A stretch of DNA of 64,000 bases, from the NCBI GenBank assembly GCA_021801645.1, contig JAJYXT010000010.1, positions 25,052-89,051 on the forward strand, in the 5' to 3' direction. Shown one piece after another: positions 47,116-58,273 of this stretch (within the stretch, counting starts at the first letter, position 1; every line of letters starts with the position of its first letter). Position numbers and translations under genes: made by a program. The notes beneath the pieces were generated by a model. The model was given only the letters and a program-made list of their open reading frames with translations. It did not search any database and was not told where the DNA came from. The DNA comes from a bacterium (GTDB lineage Bacteria > Chloroflexota > Dormibacteria > Aeolococcales > Bog-877).

Positions 47116-48374
47116 GGGGCGCCCCCGTCCTCCACCGGCGACAGGTCGAAGACCTCCTCGACGATCCGCCGGCGCTCGGGGTCGTCGGCGTTCTCGCGAA
47201 GGAAGGCGATGGGTGGGTGGATCAGCTTGGCGGCTATGGCCTGGGTGAGGCGCTCGAGCTGGCGGCGCTCAGCGTCGCCCAGCTGGGGCATCCTGGCCAT
47301 GGCGCGCCGCAACTCCCCTCGCCTGACCACCTCGGCCCGGTCCACCAACCTGGCGATGGTCGGGCCGGCCTCGCGAGCGGCGAGCTCCTCCGAGACCGCC
47401 TCGACCGCCCGGCTCACCGCCAGCTCCGCCTGCGGGCGGTGCATCTCCCGCGCCTTCAGATTGGCGGCCACCTCCTCGCCGAGGTCGTCAAGGTCGAGCA
47501 GCTCCACACCATCCAGCTCCCCGGCCTCCGGTTCCACGTCTCGCGGTACGGCGAGATCGAGTATCAGCAGGCGCCCCTTTTGGCCACGCAGCGCTGCCAC
47601 GTCCGCGGCGGTCAAGACCCGGGCCTGACTGCTGGTGCTGCAGACCACCAGCGAGATCCTGCCAGCAAACTCCCTGAGCTCGGGCAGCTCCACCAGCCGG
47701 GCATCCACCGCCTGGGCCAGGGCCTGCGCTCGTGGACCCCGCCTGGCCACCAGGATGGGAGCGCAGCCCGCACCGGCCAGGAGACGCGCCGCCGCCCCGC
47801 CGATGCTGCCGCCGCCAACCATCAGGACCCCCAGCCCGGTCAGGTCGCCAAGGCGCCTGCGGGCGGCCTCAACCGCCACCTGCCCGTACCCGACCGCCTG
47901 CCGGGAAATCCCCGTGGTGCTCCGCACCAGCTTGGAGGTCTCGATGGCCCGGCGCATCAGGAGGTCTAGGTCTCCACTCAGAGTCCCAGCATCGCGGGCC
48001 AGCCGATGGGCACGCTTGAACTGGGAGAGCACCTGAGCCTCCCCCAGGATGGCGCTGTCCAGCCCGCTGGCGACGCGGAAGAGGTGGACCATCGCCTCCG
48101 GACCGGTGCGGCTCATGACCAGGCCGGCCAGCTGCGCCCGGCCCTCCAGGTAGTGGAAGAAGCGCGAGGTCGCCCGCCGGGCCTCGGCTGCGCTCCTGGT
48201 CTGGAGATAGAACTCCGTGCGGTTGCAGGTGCTGAGGCACGCCGCCCCCACCAGCCCCGAGTGACCCACGAGGGCCCGCAGCGACTCGACCACCTGACCG
48301 TCATCCAAGTGGAGCCGCTCGCGTACCGGAAGGGGCGCCAGACGGTGGCTTATACCGGTGACGACGAATGGCAA
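47112..48374 (-). CDS. hemA: Glutamyl-tRNA reductase
   Basis: VVTGISHRLAPLPVRERL...ACLSTCNRTEFY...MVGGGSIGGAAA. The start is set at the TTG (MPFVVTGISH). The track ORF is over-extended at its N-terminus. Confidence 0.85.
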   Translation of the reverse strand: MPFVVTGISHRLAPLPVRERLHLDDGQVVESLRALVGHSGLVGAACLSTCNRTEFYLQTRSAAEARRATSRFFHYLEGRAQLAGLVMSRTGPEAMVHLFRVASGLDSAILGEAQVLSQFKRAHRLARDAGTLSGDLDLLMRRAIETSKLVRSTTGISRQAVGYGQVAVEAARRRLGDLTGLGVLMVGGGSIGGAAARLLAGAGCAPILVARRGPRAQALAQAVDARLVELPELREFAGRISLVVCSTSSQARVLTAADVAALRGQKGRLLILDLAVPRDVEPEAGELDGVELLDLDDLGEEVAANLKAREMHRPQAELAVSRAVEAVSEELAAREAGPTIARLVDRAEVVRRGELRRAMARMPQLGDAERRQLERLTQAIAAKLIHPPIAFLRENADDPERRRIVEEVFDLSPVEDGGAP

Positions 48375-48417
48375 CCCGAGATCGAGTATAGACCGTGCCG
48401 CCCACGACCAGGAAGGA

Positions 48418-49563
48418 TCAGAGGGTGATGCTCCCCTCGGCCTGGGCGGCAGCCTCCCGGTAGGCGAGCTCCTCCCGGCGGATGAGGTCGGGATTGGTCC
48501 CCCTCGCCGTGGCCAGGTCCAGCGCCAGCAGCTGGATCCCCATGGCGGCACCCAGGGTGGCCGCCACCCGCGAGTCGAGCCGAGCGGCGGGTGGGAGGCG
48601 CAGGGGAGGCGTGGAGAGCAGGGAAGTGGCGAAGTCCGCCGGCACGAACGGCCCGGCGATGAGGATCGTCCTGGCTCCCACCATGCGGGCTGCGGCAAGG
48701 GCCCGACGGGTGCGCTCAAGAAGGCGCGGGCCGGCTCCCGGGTCGGCCAGCACGGCCACGACCGCGGAGGAGGAGTCCACTGCCGCCAGGTGGCCGTGGA
48801 GGAACGTCTCCAGCTGATGGCTGAGCGCCGGGATCCGAGACCCCTCGGCGATCTTCAGGGCCAGCTCCCTGGCCGCCACGTAGTCAGCGCCTCCACCCAC
48901 GCAGGTCACGCTGGAGCTCTGAGCGAGAGCTGTCGCCGCCAGCTCCGACCCGGGCCCAAGGTCAGCCAGACAGCGGTGCAGGTACTCTCCGGCGGCCTCT
49001 GGGTCGAGCTGAGAACCGGCCAGATGGGCGGCCACGTCCGCACCGACCAGGATGGGCGAGAGGTAACCCACGGTGTGGCACCAGGAGCGATCCACCTGGG
49101 GGGTCCTGGCCAGCTCCCGGACCGCCCGCCCGGCTGAGCTGGCGGGGGCAGCCGTGATCAGGGCGGTGTCGGCGCCCACCTCCCGGGCGGCCTCGATCGC
49201 CGCCACCGTGGCTGCGGTCTCACCCTCATGGGAGATCGCCACACACAATCCGGGCCAGGGGTCGAGGGCGGCCTCCAACGCCTGCCGGGGGCGTACCAGC
49301 GCCTGACGGCCGACGGCGCTCCCCACCAGGTCGGAGAAGGCCATGGCGGCGTGCTCGCTGGTCCCGCAGCCGCTGACGGCCACCATGGCGCCGCGGGCGA
49401 GGGCGGAGGCGATGAGGGGGGAGATCCGAAGGCGCCCCTCCCCCTCCGCCAGGATCTGCACAGCGAGCCGCGGCTCCGCGGCCACCATCTCGGACATCAC
49501 CCACGGAGGACCCTCACGCCACTCGGGGAACCCGGCGGGCAAGGGGTCGTGGTCGGGGCTCAT
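48418..49563 (-). CDS. SIS-domain sugar-phosphate isomerase (GlmS C-terminal/AgaS-like, two SIS domains)
   Basis: VAVSGCGTSEHAA...ISHEGETAAT and a second SIS repeat. ATG at 49563 preceded by GGAGGTG. Confidence 0.7.
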   Translation of the reverse strand: MSPDHDPLPAGFPEWREGPPWVMSEMVAAEPRLAVQILAEGEGRLRISPLIASALARGAMVAVSGCGTSEHAAMAFSDLVGSAVGRQALVRPRQALEAALDPWPGLCVAISHEGETAATVAAIEAAREVGADTALITAAPASSAGRAVRELARTPQVDRSWCHTVGYLSPILVGADVAAHLAGSQLDPEAAGEYLHRCLADLGPGSELAATALAQSSSVTCVGGGADYVAARELALKIAEGSRIPALSHQLETFLHGHLAAVDSSSAVVAVLADPGAGPRLLERTRRALAAARMVGARTILIAGPFVPADFATSLLSTPPLRLPPAARLDSRVAATLGAAMGIQLLALDLATARGTNPDLIRREELAYREAAAQAEGSITL

Positions 49564-49654
49564 CGTGCCGCACCTCCGGATGGGGCCGCCGCGGATCTTG
49601 GCCAGGGTACCGCCTCCACCCCGCTCCGGTCGAACCAGGGTGCCCTTGGCTAGG

Positions 49655-50614
49655 ATGGAGTCCGTGCACGAGCCGACCCCCGGCGGCGCCGCCTCCCAGG
49701 AGGGCGACGAAGCCGCCACCTCTGCCGGGCCCCGCCTGGAGCGGGTCCGCTGGGGGAGAGAGCGGGGACCAGGGGCCCCGGGGGATCGACTGGCTCCCAG
49801 GCTGGGGCCGAGCAGCCCGGAGCTGGCTCCCTTCCACAATCCCATCGCGCTCGTGGAGCGGCGAGATGGCGAAGTGGGTGCCAGCACGCACCTGCCCACG
49901 TTGGACGCGCCCCTGGAGGAGGTGGATTTCGTGGCCCTCGACTGCGAGACCACCGGCCACTTCCCTCACCGGATGGTGGAGCTGGGCGCGGTCCGGTTCC
50001 AGCTGGACGCTGCGGCCGACGGCCAGCGGCCGCGACTGCTGCTCGAGAGCCTGGTGCACACCACCGATCACATCAACCCCTACGCCAGGCGCGTCCACGG
50101 CATCTCCCGCTCGATGCTCACCGGCGCGCCGCCGCCCCACCGGGTCGCGCTCACCTACCATCGGTTCTCAAGGGGGGCGGTGCCCCTCGAGCACAGCGCG
50201 GACGCCTTCGACACCCGCCTGGTGGCCAAGGCGCTCGATCGACCCCCGCCCCGGCTGCACCTCGATACCTCCAGGATGGCTGGCTTTCTCTTCAACCTCC
50301 GGGACACCATCGGCCTCGAGCGCCTCTGCGAGCGGCTGGGGGTGACCCATCGCCAGCCCCACTTCGCCCTCGCCGATGCCGAGGCCACCGCCGACTGCTT
50401 CGTGGAGCTGGTGAAGATCGGTCGACGGGATCACGGCTGGCGCACGCTGGGCGACCTCCTCGCAGTCGGCATGCCTCCCGAGCCCCGCCCCGTCGAGGCG
50501 CCGAAGTCGAGGCCTAGGGCCGACGGGGAGGCAGCGCCGCCCGGCAGGAGGCGTCGCCACCGTGGTGGCCGGCGGCGGCGTCCTGCGGCCACCGCCCCGG
50601 AAGGAGGCTCCTGA
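49655..50614 (+). CDS. DEDDh 3'-5' exonuclease (DnaQ/epsilon-like)
   Basis: FVALDCETTG (Exo I), HINPYARRVHGIS (Exo II region), HFALADAEATADCF (Exo III, DEDDh His), and a basic C-terminal tail. Confidence 0.75.
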   Translation: MESVHEPTPGGAASQEGDEAATSAGPRLERVRWGRERGPGAPGDRLAPRLGPSSPELAPFHNPIALVERRDGEVGASTHLPTLDAPLEEVDFVALDCETTGHFPHRMVELGAVRFQLDAAADGQRPRLLLESLVHTTDHINPYARRVHGISRSMLTGAPPPHRVALTYHRFSRGAVPLEHSADAFDTRLVAKALDRPPPRLHLDTSRMAGFLFNLRDTIGLERLCERLGVTHRQPHFALADAEATADCFVELVKIGRRDHGWRTLGDLLAVGMPPEPRPVEAPKSRPRADGEAAPPGRRRRHRGGRRRRPAATAPEGGS

Positions 50615-50655
50615 CCGCCTTCCTTCAGATCCTGGAGGGGCTCCTGGGGGCCGCC

Positions 50656-51720
50656 GTGGTTCTGGGCGCGTGGGCCAGCATCGTGCGGGAGCTGGTCGTC
50701 CCCCGCGGGGGCTACGGCTGGGTGGTCACGGCCGCCTCGCGGGTCTCCCGGCGCGCGCTCAATCTGGTGGCCGGCCGCAGGGAGCGGTACGAGGACAAGG
50801 ACCGGCTTCTGGCGCTGCAGGGGCCGGCCATCCTCATCGGAGGGCTGGCGACCTGGCTCGGCGCACTGCTCTTGGGATACGGACTGCTGCTCTCTGCGGC
50901 GACCGGAGAGACGCTGGGAGGAGGGCTCCGCCTGGCCGGATCGGCCCTCTTCACCCTGGGATTCGCCACCAGCAACCACCCCGGCCCACTGGCGCTGACC
51001 TTTCTCGCGGCGGCCAGCGGCCCCACGCTGATCGCCGTCCAGATCGCCTACCTCCCCACCATCTACTCCGCCTTCAACCGGCGCGAGACGCTGGTCACGC
51101 TGCTGCAGTTCCGGGCTGGGGCCCCGGCCTGGGGACCAGAGATCTTGATCCGCCACCAGCTCATCGGGATCTCGGGGAGCCTGGGAGAGCTTTACCGGAG
51201 ATGGGAGGAGTGGGCGGCGGACCTCGCCGAGAGCCACTCCACCTACCCGGTTCTCCTGACTCTCCGATCGCCGCACCCCCTACGGTCCTGGATTGTGTCG
51301 CTGCTGGCTGTGCTGGACTCGGCGGCGCTGTGCCTCAGCCTCTGCCCCACCTCCGCGCCGGTCGAGGCCAGGGCCTGCCTGCGCATGGGTTACGCGGCCC
51401 TGCGGGCGGTCTGCGACACCATGCGGATCCCGTACGCACCCGATCCCCGTCCGGACGACCCCATCCAGCTGACCGAGCCGGAGTTCCAGGCGGCCTGCGA
51501 GATGCTCGCGAAGGCCGGTTTCCCCGCCGAACGCACCTGGGAGGATGCATGGCCGCACTTCCACGGCTGGCGGGTGAACTACGAGTCAACGGCGTACGCT
51601 CTCGCGGACCTCCTGGACGCTCCTCCGGGGCCATGGAGCGGCCCGCGGCGAAGCTTCCCCGGCATGGTCATCCAGCCGCAGCGTCCGGCCGACCGCCGAC
51701 CCGGGGCGCCCGAGGGATGA
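50656..51720 (+). CDS. Hypothetical membrane protein (3-4 TM N-terminal half, cytoplasmic helical C-terminal half)
   Basis: Coding GC3 signal. Starts 42 bp after the exonuclease stop. No recognisable family. Confidence 0.45.
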   Translation: MVLGAWASIVRELVVPRGGYGWVVTAASRVSRRALNLVAGRRERYEDKDRLLALQGPAILIGGLATWLGALLLGYGLLLSAATGETLGGGLRLAGSALFTLGFATSNHPGPLALTFLAAASGPTLIAVQIAYLPTIYSAFNRRETLVTLLQFRAGAPAWGPEILIRHQLIGISGSLGELYRRWEEWAADLAESHSTYPVLLTLRSPHPLRSWIVSLLAVLDSAALCLSLCPTSAPVEARACLRMGYAALRAVCDTMRIPYAPDPRPDDPIQLTEPEFQAACEMLAKAGFPAERTWEDAWPHFHGWRVNYESTAYALADLLDAPPGPWSGPRRSFPGMVIQPQRPADRRPGAPEG

Positions 51721-51750
51721 GGGCGGGGGCTAACGCCCCCGCCCCCAGGG

Positions 51751-53058
51751 TCAGCCGATGGCCCGGCGGCGCTCCCAGCGCCCGAGGCCAAGCAGGGACA
51801 GTCCCAGGAGAATCAGCGCCGCAGTGAGGCCGATCTCCAGCCCCGCACCGGTGCCCGGGGTGCCGGTCGAGGCACCCAGGACTCCCCCTCCCGATGACGC
51901 AGTGGTCACGGTCGAGGTCCCGTCGGCCTGGACGGATGTGCCGTCCGAGCTGACCGTCACGGTCACGGTGTCAGTCAGCGAGGTCCCGGCCGCGGGGGCG
52001 TAATCGGAAACCGTAAATGAGCAGGTGACCGAGTTGCCGGGATCCAACTGGGTCCCGACCAGCGACTGGCACTCGTTAGCGGTGGTGCCAGAGTAGGAGT
52101 CGGTGATCGCCGTGATCGTCTCGATGACCTGGCTGGTGTTGGTGATCACCGCCTTGAAGGGCACCGATGCCCCAGGGCTGGGAGCCTCCTCGGTCTGCTG
52201 GTAGGTGCCGTCCCCATCCGCGTCATTGCTCTTAACCACGGTGAGGGTCGGCTGGTTCCCCGACGGGCTCGGGGTCGGGGTCGAGCTGCTAGACGGGCTC
52301 GGGGTCGGGGTCGAGCTGCTGGACGGGCTCGGGGTCGGGGTCGAGCTGCTGGACGGGCTCGGCGTCGGTGTCGAGCTGCTGGACGGGCTCGGGGTCGGGG
52401 TCGAGCTGCTGGACGGGCTCGGGGTCGGGGTCGAGCTGCTGGACGGGCTCGGCGTTGGTGTCGAGCTGCTGGACGGGCTCGGCGTCGGTGTCGGCCCAGG
52501 GCAGTTCACCCAGAACGTCTTGTGCTTCTGAGGGTCCTGCAGAAACTGAAGCTTGAAGTGGAAGCCCTCGCCGTTGACCGGGCTGTCCCCGTTGGCGATG
52601 GCATCAGCGATGAGGGTCTTGACCTTGATCACGGCCATCACCTGGTCGCCCCCCTGGGACTGGTTGTAGTTCCAGGTTGCCAGGGCGGGGTTGGCCTTGG
52701 TACCAGGCCACGCCTGGTCCTCCTTGTATCCGGGCCGGTTCAGGTCCCCGGAACCGCTTCCCGAGGGCGGCCAGCCATCAATGGTGAACTGGCCGGAAGC
52801 GTCCGCCATGGTGACGCCCCAGAGGTTGATGTCCTGGCAGGCGAGGTGAGGGTCCATCTCATGCCCCGGCCCGGCGGGCTGGCCCACGTTATCCACCCAG
52901 ACGTCCTCGTGGTTCGGGTTCCCTGAGCCGGACGAGCTGGATGCCGGAGACACCTGGCCGGCCGCAAGCACCGCCATCGGCAGCGAGAGCGCCAGGCAGA
53001 GTGCACCGGCACCGGTCGCCGCCCAGGTCTTCCATCGCCGATTGGTCGCTCTAAGCAC
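51751..53058 (-). CDS. Secreted cell-surface protein with Ser/Thr/Pro-rich tandem repeats and C-terminal hydrophobic anchor plus basic tail
   Basis: Signal peptide, a globular N-terminal domain, eight SSSSTPTPSP repeats, and C-terminal LEIGLTAALILLGLSLLGLGRWERRRA. Confidence 0.65.
   Translation of the reverse strand: MLRATNRRWKTWAATGAGALCLALSLPMAVLAAGQVSPASSSSGSGNPNHEDVWVDNVGQPAGPGHEMDPHLACQDINLWGVTMADASGQFTIDGWPPSGSGSGDLNRPGYKEDQAWPGTKANPALATWNYNQSQGGDQVMAVIKVKTLIADAIANGDSPVNGEGFHFKLQFLQDPQKHKTFWVNCPGPTPTPSPSSSSTPTPSPSSSSTPTPSPSSSSTPTPSPSSSSTPTPSPSSSSTPTPSPSSSSTPTPSPSSSSTPTPSPSGNQPTLTVVKSNDADGDGTYQQTEEAPSPGASVPFKAVITNTSQVIETITAITDSYSGTTANECQSLVGTQLDPGNSVTCSFTVSDYAPAAGTSLTDTVTVTVSSDGTSVQADGTSTVTTASSGGGVLGASTGTPGTGAGLEIGLTAALILLGLSLLGLGRWERRRAIG
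52261..52496. repeat. 30-bp coding tandem repeat, about 8 copies (GGACGGGCTCGGGGTCGGGGTCGAGCTGCT on the + strand)
   Basis: Near-perfect head-to-tail copies with a few G/C-to-T variants. They encode SSSSTPTPSP on the minus strand. Confidence 0.85.
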
Positions 53059-53255
53059 TCGTGCCTCCTTGGCCTGGGCCGACGGCCCCGGCTCCGCTCT
53101 TTAAATCAGCGACCACGACCCTTCCGACCGCCTCATCCGGTCGAGCCGTCCCGCTTCCCATCCTTCCGCGTCTCGCCCACACTCGGGCCCTACGCAAGAA
53201 GAAACGCCCGGGTCACTACTACTACCCAGTTCCGTGACCCGGCCTGACGGCCTCG

Positions 53256-54347
53256 TTACGAGGCGGACTCGGCTCCAGCCAGCCGGCGGGCCTGATCCGC
53301 CTGGCGCAAGGGGTCCACCACCAGTTCCAGCTCCCCGTCGAGGATCCGCGGGAGCTGGTAGAGGGTGAGGTCGATGCGATGGTCGGTGACGCGGTTCTCC
53401 CGGAAGTTGTAGGTGCGGATCTTCTCGCTGCGGTCACCGTGTCCGACCATGGAGAGCCGGGTCTCCCGCAGCTCCCGGTCCTTCTCGGCCCGCATCCGGT
53501 CATATAGCCGGGAGCGGAGCACCCGCAGCGCCTTGGCTCGGTTCTTGTGCTGGGACTTCTCGTCCTGGCAGGTGACCACGAGGCCGGTGGGGAGATGGGT
53601 GATCCGGACCGCGGAGTCGGTGGTGTTGACGCTCTGCCCGCCCGGCCCGGTCGAGCGGAAGACGTCCACCTTCAGATCCTCGTCGCGGATCTCCACCTCC
53701 AGATCCTCGGCCTCGGGCAGCACCACCACGCTGGCCGCCGAGGTGTGAACCCGTCCCTGGGACTCGGTCTGGGGGACGCGCTGCACCCGGTGCACCCCGC
53801 TTTCGAACTGGAGGTGGCCGTAGGCGGATCGGCCGTGGACCTCGAGGACCACCTCCTTCAACCCACCGGCCTCGCTGGGGGAGCTGTCGATCATCTCCAC
53901 CTTCCAGCGCTGCCGCTCCGCATAGCGGAGGTACATGCGCAGGAGGTCGGCGGCGAACAGGGCGGCCTCCTCCCCGCCGGTGCCAGCACGGATCTCCACC
54001 ACCGCGTCGCGCCGCTCGTCCGGATCCTCCGGCAGAAGAAGAAGCCGGAGCTCGCCGACCGCGGCCTGGGCGGCGGCCTGTTCGCGCCGGGCCTCCCCCT
54101 CCAGGAAGCCGCGCATCTCGGGGTCGGCCTCGCCGGCGGCCAGCCCCTCGGCCTCCAGGGCACGACGGTCCGCCTCCTCGGCCTTCTCCAGCAGGTCCAG
54201 AACCGGGCGGAGCTGCGCCAGCTCCCGCCCGACCGGCTCCAGCCTCCGAGGGTCCAGCTCAGGATCCTGGAGCTGGCGCTCCAGCTCCAAGCGTCGCTCC
54301 CGGGCTTGGTCCAGCCGCGCCTGCAAGTTGGGTGGGAGGGTGGCCAT
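53256..54347 (-). CDS. prfA: Peptide chain release factor 1
   Basis: GGQ motif STGPGGQSVNTTDSAVRITHLPTG and RF1-type anticodon tripeptide region VQRVPQTESQGRVHTSA. Confidence 0.9.
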   Translation of the reverse strand: MATLPPNLQARLDQARERRLELERQLQDPELDPRRLEPVGRELAQLRPVLDLLEKAEEADRRALEAEGLAAGEADPEMRGFLEGEARREQAAAQAAVGELRLLLLPEDPDERRDAVVEIRAGTGGEEAALFAADLLRMYLRYAERQRWKVEMIDSSPSEAGGLKEVVLEVHGRSAYGHLQFESGVHRVQRVPQTESQGRVHTSAASVVVLPEAEDLEVEIRDEDLKVDVFRSTGPGGQSVNTTDSAVRITHLPTGLVVTCQDEKSQHKNRAKALRVLRSRLYDRMRAEKDRELRETRLSMVGHGDRSEKIRTYNFRENRVTDHRIDLTLYQLPRILDGELELVVDPLRQADQARRLAGAESAS

Positions 54348-54383
54348 GTCCTCAGCCCTCAAGCCGCCGGTGGCGGCCCCGTG

Positions 54384-54593
54384 CTAGCGCTGGGCCTTCT
54401 GGGCGCGCCGCCGGAACCGCTCGACCTGACCCCCGGTGTCCACGATCCGCTGCTCCCCGGTGAAGAACGGGTGGCAGACGCTGCAGACTTCGGTGTGGAG
54501 GGTCTTCTGGGTCGACCCGGTGGTGAAGGTGTTCCCGCAGGAGCAGGTGACCACCGCGTCGTGGAAGTACTCAGGATGGATGCTCGCTTTCAT
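54384..54593 (-). CDS. rpmE: 50S ribosomal protein L31 (zinc-ribbon type)
   Basis: MKASIHPEY...CSCGNTF...[10 protein letters not shown]. Confidence 0.85.
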   Translation of the reverse strand: MKASIHPEYFHDAVVTCSCGNTFTTGSTQKTLHTEVCSVCHPFFTGEQRIVDTGGQVERFRRRAQKAQR

Positions 54594-54605
54594 CTCCACT
54601 CCAGC

Positions 54606-55883
54606 TTAGCAGAGGGTCGCCGCGGCTCCGCCCACGGGCCGTGTGAAATTGCCCACCGCCAGTCCGGGAAGAGCCCTGGTGAGCCGGGACACCAGCTCTT
54701 CCATGCCCAGCCCCGGCTCCAACTGAGGGAGCCGATCGAGGATCCAGGCGGGGTCGCCGTTCAGGGTGCGGAGCTGCAGCTGATCGACCGAGATCTCCCG
54801 GAGCACATCCAAGGTTAGAGCCACCTCCGAGGGGCTGTCGGTCACCCCGGGGAAGGTGAGCAGGTTCACGGTGACCTGGGCACCCAGGGATGCGGCCAGC
54901 CGGGCCGACTGGATCACCTGTTCTATCCCGTATCCGCGGGGGCGGTAGTAGGCGGCGAAGAGGTCCTGGCGGAAGCTGAAGACGCTGATCCGGCAGCTGT
55001 TCACCCCCGCCTCCACCAGCCGCCGCAACGCCTCCGGCCGGCTGGCGTTCGTGTTGACGTGGATGGTGGCCCGGGGGTGGTGGCGGCGGAGCTCCGCGGT
55101 GACCGGAACCAGCACCCGCTCACGCAGCAGCGGCTCCCCCTCGCAGCCCTGGCCGAAGCTGACCATCCCCGCCTCCCCCGCCGCCTCGCAGCGGCCGAGG
55201 TGGGAGTGGCCCACCTCGAGCAGCTCCTGGGCGGTGGGCGCGCGGTGCATCCGAGGCTGGGGAGTGGGGGCGCCGGAGTCGGTCTGGAGGGAGATGCAGC
55301 CGAGGCAGTCGGCGTTGCAGGCCGCCGAGGTCGGGAGCGCCCCCTCGTGGCGGCCCAGGAAGGTGTTCTGGGCAGTGAGGCAGTTGTGCTCCAGCGCGCA
55401 GACCGAGAGCTGGGCCACCACCGCGTTGCGGGGCAGCTCCCACTGAAGCGCCGCCACCGCTGCCGCGAGCTGCGACCGCCCGGGGCGACGACCGGTCCAG
55501 GGGGGGTAGTCATCGGTCCGGGCAGCAGCCACCACGACCTCTCCGTCCCGGTCGGCCACGGCGGTGTACCCATAGAGGGGCAGGGTCGGTGCGCTTGGCT
55601 CGGGACGGTGGGGCGGCAAAAGGAGCCTTAGGTAGCCCACCGGGAGCACCGCCGCCACCGGCAGGGGATGCGACCCGCCCACCGTGCCCACCTCCCCTCC
55701 CGGCCGCCGAGCCAGTCCCAGCCGTTGGGGAAGGTGCATCAGGGTGGTGCCCTGGGGCATCGGTATCCAGCTCTCGATATCGACCCAGCGGCGGCCACTC
55801 TGGCCGACGGCCCGCCAGCCCGGAGGGGCGACCACCATCTCCCCGCTCGGATCGCTGAGGAGCGGCCGCAGTGCCGCGGCCAC
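54606..55883 (-). CDS. Radical SAM domain protein with about 180-aa N-terminal extension, function unknown
   Basis: CNADCLGC (CxxxCxxC) mid-protein, followed by a TIM-barrel-like radical-SAM core (GEPLL..., NTNASRPE, ...TFPGVTD). Abuts the pyrG stop and the rpmE start. Confidence 0.55.
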   Translation of the reverse strand: MAAALRPLLSDPSGEMVVAPPGWRAVGQSGRRWVDIESWIPMPQGTTLMHLPQRLGLARRPGGEVGTVGGSHPLPVAAVLPVGYLRLLLPPHRPEPSAPTLPLYGYTAVADRDGEVVVAAARTDDYPPWTGRRPGRSQLAAAVAALQWELPRNAVVAQLSVCALEHNCLTAQNTFLGRHEGALPTSAACNADCLGCISLQTDSGAPTPQPRMHRAPTAQELLEVGHSHLGRCEAAGEAGMVSFGQGCEGEPLLRERVLVPVTAELRRHHPRATIHVNTNASRPEALRRLVEAGVNSCRISVFSFRQDLFAAYYRPRGYGIEQVIQSARLAASLGAQVTVNLLTFPGVTDSPSEVALTLDVLREISVDQLQLRTLNGDPAWILDRLPQLEPGLGMEELVSRLTRALPGLAVGNFTRPVGGAAATLC

Positions 55884-55885
55884 TG

Positions 55886-58181
<2,296 letters not shown>

Positions 58182-58273
58182 GAACGCCTCCCGAATTCAG
58201 TCAGATGGTGGTCGCCCGCCCGCCCGGGACCCCGAGAAGCGTACCAAGGAGGCCCGGCGGCGCCGTGCCGGCT

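Noticed and set aside
50431-51276. 281-aa minus-strand ORF and 50562..51827 plus-strand alternative frame
   Set aside because: Overlap the exonuclease and membrane-protein genes in other frames with low-complexity products.
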